DNA of 64,000 nucleotides from Protoeuglena noctilucae (lineage: Eukaryota), in assembly GCA_958009085.1 (NCBI GenBank), contig OY253688.1:1-64000 (forward strand), given 5' to 3'. Made by a program: the position numbers and the translations under genes. Each line of letters starts with the position of its first letter. Position 1 is the first letter of the stretch. The notes beneath the pieces are model-generated. The model was not told where the DNA came from, did no database searches, and saw nothing but the letters and a program-made list of their open reading frames with translations. Shown here one piece after another: positions 39,141 to 53,035 of this stretch.

Positions 39141-42100
39141 TCACTCATCATCGCCCCCCTCCCCCATCTCCGCCAGTTGCCTCTCTGCCCAGTCCATCCC
39201 CCACTCAATCAAACACCGGCAGCCCCACATGTACACGCGAGCGAAACGCACCTCCGCAACCACCCCCGCACCCACCCCGTCGCTTGCCACACCGCAACGC
39301 AAGACACCGTCCCTGTCACCACCACCCTTGTCCCCCTTATCTCCAGAGTGCCCTACCAATGCATCCTTACCATGCACATCGTCGTTGTTGTTATCACCGA
39401 TGTCTCTATGTGGGTCTTCTGATGATTTGAATGGCTCTCTGAGTGCCATGCATACCGTGCCCATGGCACGCAGGGCGGTTGCGGTGGGGGGGGAGTGGAA
39501 GAGGGATGCGGGGGGCTGGGGGGGAGAGACAGGGAGTGGGGGTATTAGGTGAAATGATGACAGAGGGAGTGGGATTGTTAGGTGGTGTCGGGTGAGTGAG
39601 TGGGAAAGACAGGGCAGGCTGTGGGGTAGACAAGGGTTGAAAGACTTGTAACCCCCTCCACATTCAACGTCTCACCATTTCCTCCAGTTCCCCCAACCCC
39701 TCTCGATCCTCCACCATCACTCGCAGTGCCATCAGCAAGCGGCGGGGGGGCACGCCCATGCACAGCTGATGGTCGAGCTGGGGGGGATGGGGGAGAGCGA
39801 TAATGGTGATGATACTTATTATCATGATGAAAGTCATGATGACGTTTGAAATAACAGCATCGACATCAGCAGTAGCAACATGGCAATGGGTCAGTCATCG
39901 TTGTTCATTGCCAATGACACCCCCCATCGCCCTCACCCCCACGCCCCATCTCTCCAGCAGTGCCCTCTTCCTCTCCTCCAATCCGTCTTCTGGCATATCC
40001 AAAGTCACATTGACGAAGTCGTGGGGGTTGCGGGGGATGGCGAAACCGTAAAAGAGGAGGAGCTTGTGGTTGGGGCGCACGCTGGGGGTGGAAGGGGGGT
40101 GAGATTGGTTGAGTGGGTGATTATTACAATTGTTATGGAGTTGTATGTAATTGCTGAGATGATGGCGAGAGCGGGAGCTTGCGGTTGGGGCGCATGCTGA
40201 ATGGGGGGAGAGGATAAGGGGGCTGTATGGATAAATGAGTCAATAGATGAAAGGCAAGGAGACATGTGTAGCGCATCTTAGGTGATAAACACCTGCTCCC
40301 CCTCTCATCACCCCATACTCACAGAACAGTCAGCAACCACGCTCAGTAGAAACACTAAGCAAGCACCCTATCTTATACCCCACACCCCCCCCCCCCCCCT
40401 CCCCCCCCTCACCCATACGACAGAAACGTCTGCTCCCCCCCCCTCTCAACACCCACAAATGCTCTCCCCCCCCATCTCTCACCCGTACGACAGAAACACC
40501 TGCTCCCCCCTCGCCGCCTTTCTGAACGCTGGCATCTCCAGTCTCTTTGTATTCGCGTCCACTCTGCCATACCGACTGACGTGGGGCCATGGGGAGTGGT
40601 TCATCAGCTGAGCCACGGGGAGGAGGCACGTGGTGCAGGTGCCGTCTGGATATTCCACGTCAAAGGGGTAGGAGTACTGGGAGTGGGGGAGAGGGGTGGG
40701 TGTTTAGTGTGATAGATAACACTGTTCTCGACTTCTGTTAGTAACTGCGACGGAGTGAGATTGCACTGCCATCGCGCCCAAGTGACTGCCAGTCACTGTC
40801 ACACTTCCCCATCAATACCACCCTAACCCTCTCCTCGTCCAATCACAACCACCCCATTCATCCACAACCCCCCCAACCCCCCCCCCCCCCCCCCCATCCC
40901 TCACCCACAGCCCCGCCATCCACTCAAAGTTCTCCCACGTGTACACATCCGCAGGGAACAGGCCGGGGATGGCCTCGCACAGTGCAGGAAAGAGAGCGTC
41001 GTACTGCGATCGAAGCGACTCTTGCAGCGACGCCACTTCCTCTGACAGGGGGGACCCTGCCAGAACGTCGCGTGCCGCTTGGCTCAGGGTGGCGCCGGTG
41101 CTGAAGTGGGAGGGGAGGGCGTCCCAACACTCTCTGGATGGGGGGTGAGGGGTGAGGGGTGAGGGTGGGAGTGGGAGTGGGAGTGGGAGTGGGAGTGGGA
41201 GTGGGAGTGACTGGGAGTGGGGCTGGCAGAGTGGGAGTGTGCAGCTTGAGCGATCGTGCTCTCGATAGCAACCGTCCGCCTCGTGCTTCGCGCTCTCCCT
41301 CGCCTGGACGCCGACCCCGGGTCCGCCCGGTCCGCCATGCACCACAGCACGGTCTTGGTGTCGTCATCCAAAGTGGGTATCCCCGACAGCACGGTGCCGA
41401 GGGGCGTACCGGCGGACTGGCGGAGGCTGATGAGGCGGTCCTGGGGGATGGACACGACGGTGTCGCCGGGACTGAGAGAGATGAGAAAGAAAGGGGAGAG
41501 ATGAGGGGAGGGGGTGAGAAAGTGGGTGTTTGGGTGCTGGTGAGGGCATTGATGCAACGCAACAGGGGTGGCGAGGGAGGGAAGGAGGTGCGCATGGCTT
41601 TCGCTGTCCGCTATGCACCCTCACGTGTTTGGTTATAACGTATAACAACACACATCCACGCAAAGCATGCTCACCGCACGTCCCTCGCAGCCATGGCGCC
41701 CCTCCCCATTCCCTCAAACACCCCCGGCTCGATCGCCCCTTCAATCCCCACCGACGACGCCCAACGCATGAGAGCCGAATCCGTATTAGTAGATTCCGAT
41801 TCTGTACCCTCGCAGCAGCTGCGGCCCAGTCGCCCGTCCCCGTTCACCGCCGCTCCCTGGGCTGCGTAGTTGTCTAGCAAAGCGGTGAGGGGCGGGGGTG
41901 TGTCCACGCCCACGCCCACCACGGCGCGCACCAGCAGGCCCAGCGCGGAACCCTCGTTGCGGGCGTTCTGCGGGACACAAATGCGATCGGAGAATTGGAG
42001 ACAGTCTCATCGATCAACCAGCACAGTGCTGGTGACGGCAGTGAGCGGTGTAGCTTGCCTGTTCTCACCAGGGGTTGGTCGAAGTCGCAGAGAAGAGTGC

Positions 42101-42423
42101 CGTCCGGGAGCGTGTAGTGATATACATCCATCTGCGCGCAAAGGGGAGCGGCGAGGATGCGGGGCGGCGGAGGGGGAAGCGACGAGCTGGCTTTGACGCT
42201 CGCCCTGGCGCCCAGCGCGCTTTTTTCCCGCATACGCTGTCCGCAAACGATAGATAATTAATATACTCATGTATCTCGCCTCGTTCATGCAGGTGATGCG
42301 GGCCCGCTGCATCAGGCGCGGGATGTCGAGGTCGGCGGCATTGGCGGGCAGCCGCGCGAGCAGGGAGCACTTCAGCTCCGCCTGGGGATCGCCCTCGGAA
42401 GGGTCGATATTCACGAAAACCAT
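39141..42423 (-). CDS. SET-domain lysine methyltransferase (Rubisco LSMT/SETD3-like family)
   Basis: GMGRGAMAARDVRPGDTVVSIP, WDALPSHFSTG, YTWENFEWMAGLW, LLPVAQLMNHSP, GEQVFLSYGVRPNHKLLLFYGFAIPRNPHDFV. Last exons approximate. Confidence 0.85.
41166..41221. repeat. (GGGAGT)n hexamer tract in a SET-gene intron
   Basis: About seven units; C-rich on the sense strand just upstream of the acceptor. Confidence 0.9.
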
Positions 42424-42986
42424 CTGGGTGTTACAGACAGGCAAAGGAGCGAGAGCTTGCGCGCCGGGCGGGGTCCGCGCTGCAGGCGTCGCAGGGAGGC
42501 TGCGCCCAGTGCGGGAGGGAAAGGGACTGGATGAGGCGACTATCGGCAAGAAATGTGCACAAAGAGCTCGCACACTGACTCGCGCGGCAAACCAAGCGCT
42601 CGTTTTGGCCAAACACGGGTAGGCCTGCACGGCACGTCTGACGTGCGGTTTCCCCTCTTGCATCGGCGTCCAGCAGCGGCCCGGGGCAGATTTCGAAACT
42701 CCGTCGTCCTCTCTATCATTGCCGATCGCCGGGTGGCTCGTCGGCGCCCTGGGCACCTAAAGCTCCCGCCTTCCCGCGCCTGTCCGGCGTCCCGCGCCGT
42801 TCCGCTTCGTCGGAACAGCAGAAACCTTTCCTCCTCCGCTCCAAGCTCCTCATGCTGGGGAGGATCATCCGCGAGCGCGTGTCGAGCAACTGCCTGCCGT
42901 CCCCCAACCTCGCTCCCTGGGCCGCCGCGGAGCTCCTCGCGGCTCTCTCCGCTGCCGGATCGAAGCGTTCGATGCACACGACGACT

Positions 42987-45847
42987 ATGGAGTCCCTCTC
43001 CCTCCACGCCCGCGGCTTCCAGGCCCCGGCGCGGGCCAGCGTGCGCAGGTGGGGTTTCGCGCGCCCAGGCCCACGCTCGCTGGCTTTGACGATTAAAACG
43101 CCGTGATCCGCTTTGTCTAGGCAACAAAGAAGCGATCGGCACTCTGCGCAGCCCCAAACGGTGCTCCCGCGCGACGCCCGGCCTGCTTTGCCCGGGGTCG
43201 GTTAGCCCGGCAGCGCGCCGCAGCGTCCCCGCCCCCTCCGCGCCCCCGCAGTCCCGCGCGCATGTCATATATGATCTCCGCAGCCGGCGCCGCACCGGCA
43301 TGGCGCTCCTCGGCGACCCTGCGCTCGGCCCGCGCCGTGGCACGCCCCTCCCCTCGCAACGCGGGCATTGCCGCAGCCGCTGCTTCGGGCGACGCCAGCG
43401 CAGCGAAGGATTCGGGTGACATGAACGAAAGGGACAAGGCGCTTCAGGCGAGAGACGTTAGCGGGGTGTCATCCTGCGCACTCATGCCATGAGTTGCCGG
43501 CGCGATGTGGGGCGATGCACCTGACCCTGCCAAAGGCTTTCTCTTCACCCCTTCCACCCCAGAGCGTGCTTCGGGACTTGAACAAGAAATTCGGTGCCAA
43601 TTCCGTGGTGTTCCTGGGTGCCAAAGAGGCCGCGGATGTGGAGAGGACGCCGTCGGGGTCGTTGACGCTCGACCTTGCTTTGGGTGGGGGATACCCGGTG
43701 GGGAGAATCGTGGAGATATTCGGGCCAGGTGAATGCGTGTGATGGGGTAGGATGGGTTGATTGGAATGAAGTAGCTGGCTCCGTTACCAAGTCGCTCCCT
43801 CACGAAAATTATCACAATTCCTCACCCCTCACCCAGTCCTCCGGCAAGACCACCCTGGCCGTCCACGCCATTGCCGAGGTGCATGCTTAGTCACTATCAC
43901 CACTATCATTACCATCGCTTATCACAATCCATCAACTCTATAACCCCAGAGTCCTCCGGCAAGACCACCCTGGCCGTCCACGCCATCGCCGAGGTGCAGC
44001 GCCGTGGTGGCCGCGCGGCCTTCATCGACGCGGAGCATTCCCTGGACGCCACCTACGCCGCGTCTCTGGGAGTGGACCTGGATTCTCTGCTCGTGCATCA
44101 GCCGGAGGCGGGCGAGGACGCGCTGGAGGTGGCCGACACGCTCATGCGCAGCCGGGCGGTCGACATGATCGTGGTGGACTCGGGTGAGGGAGGAGAGCGG
44201 GTGTTTCAGATGGTGATAGTGATTGGAACAGGATTGGAGTGGTGGGCGTGATCGTGATTGACTCGGGTGAGAGAAGGGCCCCCCTCTGCCCTGGTCCCCC
44301 ATTCGCAACCCACGCCCATGTCACCACCACCACACATGTAACAACTGTGTAACACCATCACGCCAACGCAACTCCCACCCTATATCTCCCCCCAGTGTCC
44401 GCGCTCGTCCCCCGCTCCGAGCTCGAGGGCCAAGTGGGCGCGCTGCAGGTGGGGGGGCAGGCGCGACTCATGTCGGGCGCGATGCGCAAGCTCGCCCAGT
44501 CCGCCAGCCGCAGCCGCTGCACGCTCGTCTTCTTAAACCAGCTCCGGCACAAGGTGGGCGTGCTGTACGGCAATCCCGAGACCACCAGCGGGGGGCAGGC
44601 GCTCAAGTACTACGCGTCCGTGCGCATCGATGTGCGCGCCAAGGGGCAGCTGGTCGAGGTGAGGGGTGGGATGGGTGGGGGTGGTGTCTATATCAGTGTA
44701 TATATATGCCAGGTACTATGGTATACACAAACACCTTCCTGTCTCACTCCCCCTCTCATTCAGCTGTTTTCACTGTTACTTCTACTAACACTTCAACTAA
44801 CCCTAACACTGCTAGTGCTTCCCCAATCATCCCAGCGAGGCCATCGGCATGCATGTCGCCCCTCCCCCTTTCTCACATCTGTGCTGTCCATGTCAATAGA
44901 CACTGTTTCCGTCAATTGCAGGGCAGCGAGGCCATCGGCATGCATGTGACCCTCCACTTGCAACCGTTACAGTAAACAATGCTAGTGCTCTCCCTTACCC
45001 CCAGGGCAGCGAGGCCATCGGCATGCGTGTGCTTGCGAAAGTGAAGAAGAACAAGACAGCGCCCCCTTTTAGGGAGGCGGGGTTCGATCTGCTGTTCAAG
45101 CAGGGCATCGACAGCGTGGGGTGCGTGATCGACGCGGCAGAGGTGAGTGTATATGGATGTGTGTGTGTGTGTGTGTGTGTGTGATGTGCTGAGAGAGTGT
45201 CAGTGTGGGTGTGGGTGTGTAGCAATGTGGCTGCCTGCTCCACTCACATCACCGACTCCTTCTTTCTAATACACCAACTACCCCTCAGTAGTACTATCTC
45301 ATATCCACCCCGATCACCCCCCCCCCCAGAACCTGGGCGTGATGGTGAGGCGCGGCGCCTTCTACTATTACGGGTCACGCAACCTGGCGCAGGGGCGTGC
45401 CAAGACGATCGAGGTGCTGAAGGGGGATGCGGGGCTGAGGGGGCAGGTGGAGGAGGAGGTGCGGGCCAAGATGAGGGGGGTCGTCAGCGCGGGTGAGGGG
45501 ATGGGGGTGTGTGTGATGAGGGGGGTGGGGTGGGGTGTGTTGAGGGGGGTCGTCAGCGCGGGTGAGAGAAGTGGGGTGGGGTGTGTGATGAGGGGGGTCG
45601 TCAGCGCGGGTGAGAGTGGCGGGGTTGCATGGATGGCTCGCATGCCACTTTGGTATCCTCGACTGCTCGATCGACTGTGCCCATGTCATTTCAGTATTAT
45701 CGATTGCTCCATCGACTGTTTATCGCAGTGAATGCGAACCTGGGTGCGTCATCGGAGGCGGTGGCGGAGGATGCGCTGGTGGGGCTGGCGGAGGACATGG
45801 AGAGGGGGAGGGGGGAGTACGAGGAGTGGGGGGAGGTGAGTGATTGA
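42987..45847 (+). CDS. recA: Organelle-targeted RecA recombinase
   Basis: [34 protein letters not shown] (Walker A), [62 protein letters not shown]. Ser/Arg/Ala-rich presequence; start could also be 42852 or 43262. Confidence 0.93.
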
Positions 45848-46296
45848 GATGGGGATGGGAGATGATGAGGATGGGATTAAGAGAGGGAGTTGGTGTTATC
45901 GTGTCGCGCTGCTGCTTGCGCTTGAAACAACCCGCTTTTCGTCGTTGCCTTTCTCAGGACCCCGACAACGTCGCGGAGGAGAAGAGCGGATTCGCGCCCT
46001 GACCGCACCATATACAACCATCCATACCATCCATGACGGCGCATCATGGATAGAAGGAAGGGGCGATTGCTGAGCCTTGATCATCACTCACATCACGACG
46101 GCACAGTGGGGAGGGAGGGGTTACTTGCCGAGCCTGGTGTTAATGCATGCGTTGGGACATCGGCATAAGCTGCTAACCATCGACTGGCCACTTGAATCGC
46201 GCGCTATCTCACGCGCCACCATACCTATGCAACGACCGGCAAGCACATCACACAGGCAGACCCCTAACGCATACAGCCCAGGTACGCATGTGGTCG

Positions 46297-47326
46297 TCAC
46301 ACCAGCCGCACGATGCCCTTGCGCAACAGGTTCTGCACCGTGGGTGCGTCCGGCGCAACTCCTTTCGGGGCGTATCGGAACACGATCAAATCCCCACGGG
46401 ACATGCGGATGCGGTCCCCCAGCCCCGCCTCCACCTCGCAGTCCTCCATCGCCTGAACGAACACGTAGCGGTCCAGGTCCGGGCGGGGCACCATGTCGTG
46501 CGCGCCGGGGCTCTCCGCGTCGCGCCGCTGCGAAAAGAAGTCCTGCGGTGGAGCCGAGGCGGGGAGGGGCGGAGTTGCGTGTAGCGCTTGCACGCCATGC
46601 GCGAACCGCGCCGGGGAGCAGCAAATGCTCTCTCCGGCGCGACGTGCACCTGAAAACGGTCCGGGAGAAACGCCAGGATGTTGTCCGTCATGTGCCGGAT
46701 GGTCAGCACGGAGAGCTGCTGCGCAAATGCGAGCTCGGCCTCGCTCATGCGCGCGACGCGCTCGGGGCTGTCGAGCAGGTGCAGCGCGAACGCCTGGATC
46801 TTGGAGAGACGTGTACGCAGGAACTCCTGCGGGGCGGAAGCCCGGGCGGCGCTCGCGGGCGGCACGGCCATCGCGCCCTGCACGCTGGGGTCCCCTCCGT
46901 CGCGCCGGACCGCCCGGAGGCCCCGCGCAATGCACCGGAGCCTCGCTCAATGTCTCGCCTTGATGAGGAACTTCAGCCGCGCCACGTCCTCGGCGCAAAT
47001 CGTCTGCTCCAGGTCCAGCACCTCCCGCGGCACGACCCCTTCCTGGCCCACCAGCGCCGCCTGCGCCCGCCGGGACGCGTGTCGGTCAGCGCACGAGACA
47101 GATATGCAAAAACCCACCGGCAGCGCACGAATCCGGCGTCGCGCCTCACCTTCTGCTGGTCGAGCGCCTGCACGCGCGTCTCGCACTCGCGCAGCTTGTC
47201 CTGCAGCCTCCGCACGAGCTCCTCCTGGTACTCGAGGAGTTCCGGAGCCCCCTTCTCGTTGCTAATGGCCACCTTCAGCAGCTCCGGGTCCGTCTCCCCC
47301 GTCTGCTCCCCCGCCGCTGCGGCCAT
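46297..47326 (-). CDS. SLD5: GINS complex subunit SLD5/GINS4 (4 exons)
   Basis: LKVAISNEKGAPELLEYQEELV, EDVARLKFLIKEFLRTRLSKIQAF, MSEAELAFAQ, MVPRPDLDRYVFVQ, LLRKGIVRLV. Confidence 0.9.
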
Positions 47327-47817
47327 CCGCCGCGGCCGTCGCTCAAGCGCCGCGGAGCGGCATATGCGTCACGGGGCCGACCAGCCTCAGGCGCGATGCG
47401 GCGCTGGCCGGGGCGGGCGCTGGGCGTCAAACGGTGGGCGACAGCTGGGTGTTGAAGATGCGAGGCGTCGTTTTGGGGGTGTCAAAGCCACTCGCGACGT
47501 CACTGCTGGCTATGTTACAATCTTGGCCAGCGCGGGATGCAGACTGGAGCCTCGCTCTGCACGCGGCGCTCCGACCTGCTCCGGCAGCACGCTAGGGCAC
47601 TGACTGGCCGCGGGTCCGTCCAGCTCTGGCCCTGCCGTGGCTCGCGCACGCCAGTCCGGTGTTGACGTCGGCGAGACTGAGGCCCTTTCATCGCCCTGTG
47701 CGCATCCGCGGCGTCTGTGCCTGCAGCTTTGGTTCGGACCCGTGGCTGCCCCCTTCCTGGGCCCTGCCGTCCCGCCTGAGGTCTCCTGGTCGGTGACGTG
47801 TGATTCTTGGCAATGAG

Positions 47818-50800
47818 ATGGCGGCCGTAGCCGCGGCGGTAGCCCCGAAGGGCCCCGGGGCCGAGGATGCGGGCGCGGAGGACGCCCTGCACCACGCCCG
47901 GGACGCATCTTCCGCCGGGGAGTCTGTCGACATCGACGTCGAGGAACTCGACATCCTCGCCGGGGGTATGCCCGACCTCTCGTCCCTCACCAAGGACCTG
48001 CAGAGGTGCGCCGCGCCCGGGGCGGTCCGTGGCCCCGCGATCGCCCGCTGCTCCGCCCGCTGCCCCCCGCTGTCGCGCGCGCGATGGTTCTTCGCATTAT
48101 CCTTAGGTCTGCGTGCCGGAGATGCTCTCCGGAACGCTTGACGCGCCGCGCGTCCTCACGCGAGCTGCGTTTATGCATTGGCGGTCCCGTGTTGCGCAGA
48201 TGCGCCAAGCACGAGGTCGTCCGGGCCATCCTGGACCAGGGTGTGGACGTGAGGCAGTCATCTCGGGACATCTACTCGAAGATGGTCGAGGCGGAGATGC
48301 TGTCGGTCAAGGACTACGTCGAGGTGAGGAATGGGCGTTGGGTTGATGTGGATGAGGAGTGGCGTGTGATGTGATGTCGCCATGTGACTGTGTGATACGT
48401 CGTATATTCAGCGGTACTGCATGCGCTGGCGTGCAGTGTATCACCCAGTGTGTTGTCCATAATGACATTCATCCCAGCTCGCAACCCTTCACACATCACC
48501 ACCCTGCCCCGTCCTTCCCCTTCCCCCCAGGAGGCCTCTGCCCTGCAGGACCTGCACGACCGCATTCTGGCATGCGACGGCGTGCTGGCGGAGGTGGAGG
48601 TGGTGCTGCAGCGATTCCAGAGCGACCTGGGGAGCATCAGCGGGCAGATACGCGCCCTGCAGGAGCAGAGCGCCAGTTTGAGGTGAGGGGGAGAGAGCTG
48701 GGTTGTTGTTATGAACGGTGTGTGCTTAGTGTATTCCCTATCCTCACATCCCCCTTGCACCCATCTAAACCATCGTCGCTCGTCGCCACCCATTCCTTGT
48801 ACTCTCATGTCCCCCACCCCTCCCCCCTTCCCCTCCCCGCAGCACTCGCCTGGACAACCGTCGCGAGGCAGGCAAGCGCCTGGGGTCGGTGCTGGAGAGC
48901 CTGGTGGTGCCGCCGGGGCTGGTGCAGAACGTGACGAGGGCAGAGGTGGACGAGGCGTATGTAACGCACCTGGTGAGATGGGGGGTCGTAGATTCGAATG
49001 TGATGCACGTTGTCATGCAACCCCACTGCCACCCCACTGCCACCCCACTGCCACCCCACTGCCACCCCACTGCCACCCCACTGCCACCCCTCACTGCCAC
49101 CCTCCCAGCCACCCCCACTGCCACCCCCACTGCCACCCCCACTGCCGCCCTTAACACCGCCCCCACTGCCACCCCCACTGCCACCCTCCCAGCCACTCAC
49201 AGCCACCCCCACCACCCCCCCACCCCTCCCCCCCCAACGCAGTCCCAGCTCAGCGCCAAGCTCCACGCCCTGTCATCCCGCAACCTCCCCCCCGACGCCG
49301 CCGCGCGCCGCGACGTGGAGCCGGAGCTCAACCGCCTGCGACTGTCCGCCGTGCACCGCGTGAGGGCATACCTGCTCAAGGAGTTTCAGCAGCTGGGGCA
49401 CGGGAGGACCAACGTGCCCGTCCTGCAGAACACCAAGCTGCTGCCGCTCAAGCAGCTGATGCGGTTCGTGGTGAGTGAGGGAAAGGGGTGACGGTGTGTG
49501 GGGTAGCTGAATGCGGGTTGTGGTGAGTGAGGGATGAGGGTTGACGGCGTGAGGTAGCTGACCGGATCCGCTTCATTACTCCTTCCCCACCATTCCCCTT
49601 ATTTATACACTCCCAGTCTGACCACGGCCCCGAGTGCCGCGACGAGCTCCGCCAGTCGTACGTCTCCGTGCGCGGCCGCACCCTCACCCGCGACATGGGG
49701 CAGCTGCTGGCGGGGATTGAACGCATTCGCGCGCCCCCTGCCACCAAGGCGGACCTCGTGGGGTCATCGGGGGGGATCATGCCGGTGCTCAACACGCTAG
49801 GCACGCAGGGGCTGGGTGAGTAGTTGATGAGGGGTGGGGGTGGAGTGTGGGTGTGGGGATGGGTGGGGTGGGTGAGTGTGGGTATGGGGACAGGGTGGGT
49901 GTGGGAGCAGTGACAGCGGCCTGGGTCGCCCTGACATTGTATTCATATCCACCTCAACCCCGATTTATCGCCCCATATCACCCCCAGGCAATCTGTTCCC
50001 GATTGGCGGTCGTCATGCCGAGTCTCAGAAGGCGGGGGTCTTCCGTGCCGGCTCTCGTCTCAAGGACCTCACTGCATTGGAGGAGATGCCGCTGGTGCCG
50101 TTCGTGGAGATACGGTGAGGGATTGGTTGTTACTGTGTACTTAGGACAATGTATTATGAATATACTGTTAAGATATCAGGGCTGCTGATGGGGTTGCGGT
50201 GGGCGACATTAAACAGACAGGCACACGACCTCGACATGGGCCGGTAAATGCAAATAGGATGCAATGCTATTTGTAATTTAATGCTCATAATTATATCTCC
50301 CCCTCATCTCCCCCCCAGTGAGGGCCGCCAGCACCCAGTGGAGGCGCTCTTCCGCACAGCAGTGGCGCTGGTGAGGGGCAATGGGGACTGTTGATCAAGA
50401 TATAGTAACAACTCGTTCGATATCACATGTAATGACAGTAAATTACTATAGAACACCATAAAATAATAGTTATATAGTGATCATACAGTGTATGTTACAT
50501 CTCACCCCTTCTACCCTCCCCGTCTCCCCCCCTGTAGCTCTCCGACGCCTGCACCTCCGAGTACCTCTTCTGCCTCATCCATTGTATATTACTTATAGTA
50601 ATATGTAACATATAAATAACCGACTCCACCCCCCCTCTCCTTCAGCTCTCCGACGCCTGCACCTCCGAGTACCTTTTTTGTTTGGAGTTCTTCGGTGACG
50701 CTGACCTGTTCGACCAGGCAGCTGCGGATGCAATTCGTGCGACCGAGGCGTGGGTGCAGCACACGGTGGCCGAGTGCTACGACCTGGTCGGGCTGCTGCT

Positions 50801-52729
50801 CATGGTGCGGGCCAACCTGGGGATGCACATCGCCATGCAGAGGAGAGCTGGTGAGTGCGTGGGGTGGGTGGGTGTGAAGCATGGGGGGTGGTGTGACGTG
50901 AGTTGGGCATGGGATTGGAATGTGTGGCTTGTGATCTTGTCATTTATGACTACTGTCATCCTAACTGTGATCTAAACACATAGATCTGCTTCATCATACT
51001 ATCACTGTCCTCACCCACTTCCCCCCCAGTCCCTTGCCTGGACGGCCTCTTCGACCGCATCAACCTGCTGCTGTGGCCGCGCGTCAAGGCGGTGCTGGCA
51101 GAGCACGTCCAGTCCCTCTCCCCTGCGCGCGACAACGCCCTCGCGCAGCGGGACCCCTCGTCGCACCCCGTGACCAGAAGAGTGGCGGAACTGGTGGCGT
51201 CGCTGTATCAGCTGTGCGCGGACGTGGGGGGGGTAGACCAGGGCAGGATCGCGGGGGAGGGGCAGATGGAGGTGAGGGGGGGGGTGGTGGTGGTGGGGGG
51301 GGGTTGAGGGAGAGGGGCAGATGGAGGTGAGGGGGGGTGGGTGAGGTGATGGTGTGTGGGTGAGAGTGGGTGAGAGGGGGGTGGGTGACAGAGAGAGGGT
51401 CAGGTCGTCTTGCCGCATTCCATCACAACAGAAACAACACACGACCCCTCTATCTCACTCAGCTGACATCAATACCAATGCTTTCTCTCCCTCTCTTTCC
51501 CCCCCATAGATGGCCGCCCAGCAGCTGGAGAGTGCGTATTTGGGATTCCTCGCCCGTCACCAGAAGCGCCTGTCCCCCTCGGACGGGGCCACCTTCCGCG
51601 TCAACAACCTCGACACGTTCACGTCGGTGCTGAGGTGATTATTGTGGGGTGGTTGGTTGGTGGTTGATCAGTGATGGTGTTTGTGAGGGATGGGTGCAGT
51701 CGGCACCTCCGTATGTGCAAAGAAGTGGGCACGGACAAGGACCAGCTGGGATCCATAACAAACATACTGGTACTGATACACTCATTCACTCTCCCCCATC
51801 TCATCATTCACAGAGAAGTGGGCACGGACAAGGACCAGCTGGGCTTCGGCCACTCGGGTCGCCAGGCGCTGCAGCGATTGCAGAGACTCCAGGACGACGC
51901 GGTGTCCGACCTGGGACTGTTCGCGCTGCGCACGCACTTTGGGGCGCTCGTGTCGTTCGCCGAGAACTACGGCCTGCTGAGGGCGCAGGGGCAGGGGCAG
52001 GGGCGGAGGGCGCATGCGGGTGCGTGGGGGGTGGGGGTGGGGTGGATGGGGTTAGGAGTGGTTGGCTGTGTTCTGGTGTGTGCATGCATGCGGGTGCGTG
52101 GGGAGTTAGGGGTGGGTTGGATGGGGTCTGCTTGGATATGTGGGTGGGTGGGGAGGAACGTGCTGCAGTTGCGGGGTGCAACTGCTTCCCATGACATTAC
52201 ATCGTCATGACACCGGTCGCGATCGCTTTACATAGCAACAACCCCATCCATTCAGCTCACATATCTCGCATCCCCCGCTGTTGCAGGTGCCGAGTCCCAC
52301 GACGCGCCAACTAGCGATGCGGCCGAGGGCGCCCCTTCCGACCCCAACGCCGCGGACGGCCCCCAGACCGACGGCGCTCCCGACGACTTCAAGGGTGCCA
52401 GAAACGACGACGAGGGCCGCGTGGTGGGCCGTGCGGTGCCCGTGGATGAAGCGGAGAGGGTGGCACGCGCATTCGAAGCCACCTGGGAGCGACAGGTGCA
52501 CGACTTGCACTCGGAGCTCATCCGGCGCGTCGGGAACCTGCTTACCGGGCAGGCGGTGCTGAAGGTGTGCATGACGCAGCTGGTGGTCTTCTACCGGGCG
52601 TTTCTGGCGGCGCTGGGGGCGTCGGGTCCGAAAGGGCAGGAGCTGGCGGGGAGGGCGGTCAAGGTGGCGAGCATTCTGTACGAGATCAAGAGGCTCGAGA
52701 AGCCGGGGGCGGGGCGGGGGGGGCGATGA
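47818..52729 (+). CDS. VPS52: GARP complex subunit VPS52 (13 exons)
   Basis: VRAILDQGVDVRQ, LHDRILACDGVLAEVEVVLQRFQSDLGSISGQIRALQEQS, DVEPELNRLR, TNVPVLQ, DACTSEYLFCLEFF, LDGLFDRINLLLWPR, TQLVVFYRAF, ILYEIKR. Confidence 0.92.
49021..49195. repeat. Intronic minisatellite of CCCCACTGCCA-like 11-12-mers
   Basis: About six near-perfect units followed by degenerate ones, in the 3' half of a VPS52 intron. Confidence 0.85.
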
Positions 52730-53035
52730 GGGGAGATGGGTGGCGAAGTGCGCGCGGGCGTTTGTGTGTTGAACAGCTGTGGCGACTGGTGAATCAATGC
52801 CATGACCTGTCGGGGCTGTGGGAACTAAGCTTAGACAACGGGTGGAAAGAGGAACAGGGGAACTGAGGCGAAGGCACAGGCAGGGCTGGGGCGAAAGTCA
52901 CAAAGAGGTCGCCGCAGTGTTGGCGTGTGCGAGTAGGACAAGTCAAGCAAGACCTTACCAAGTCTAGATATACAATCATGGTAACCGTGGCTAGGGCGAA
53001 TCCCATTATACAACCCATGGGCCCCTTGCTTTAAC

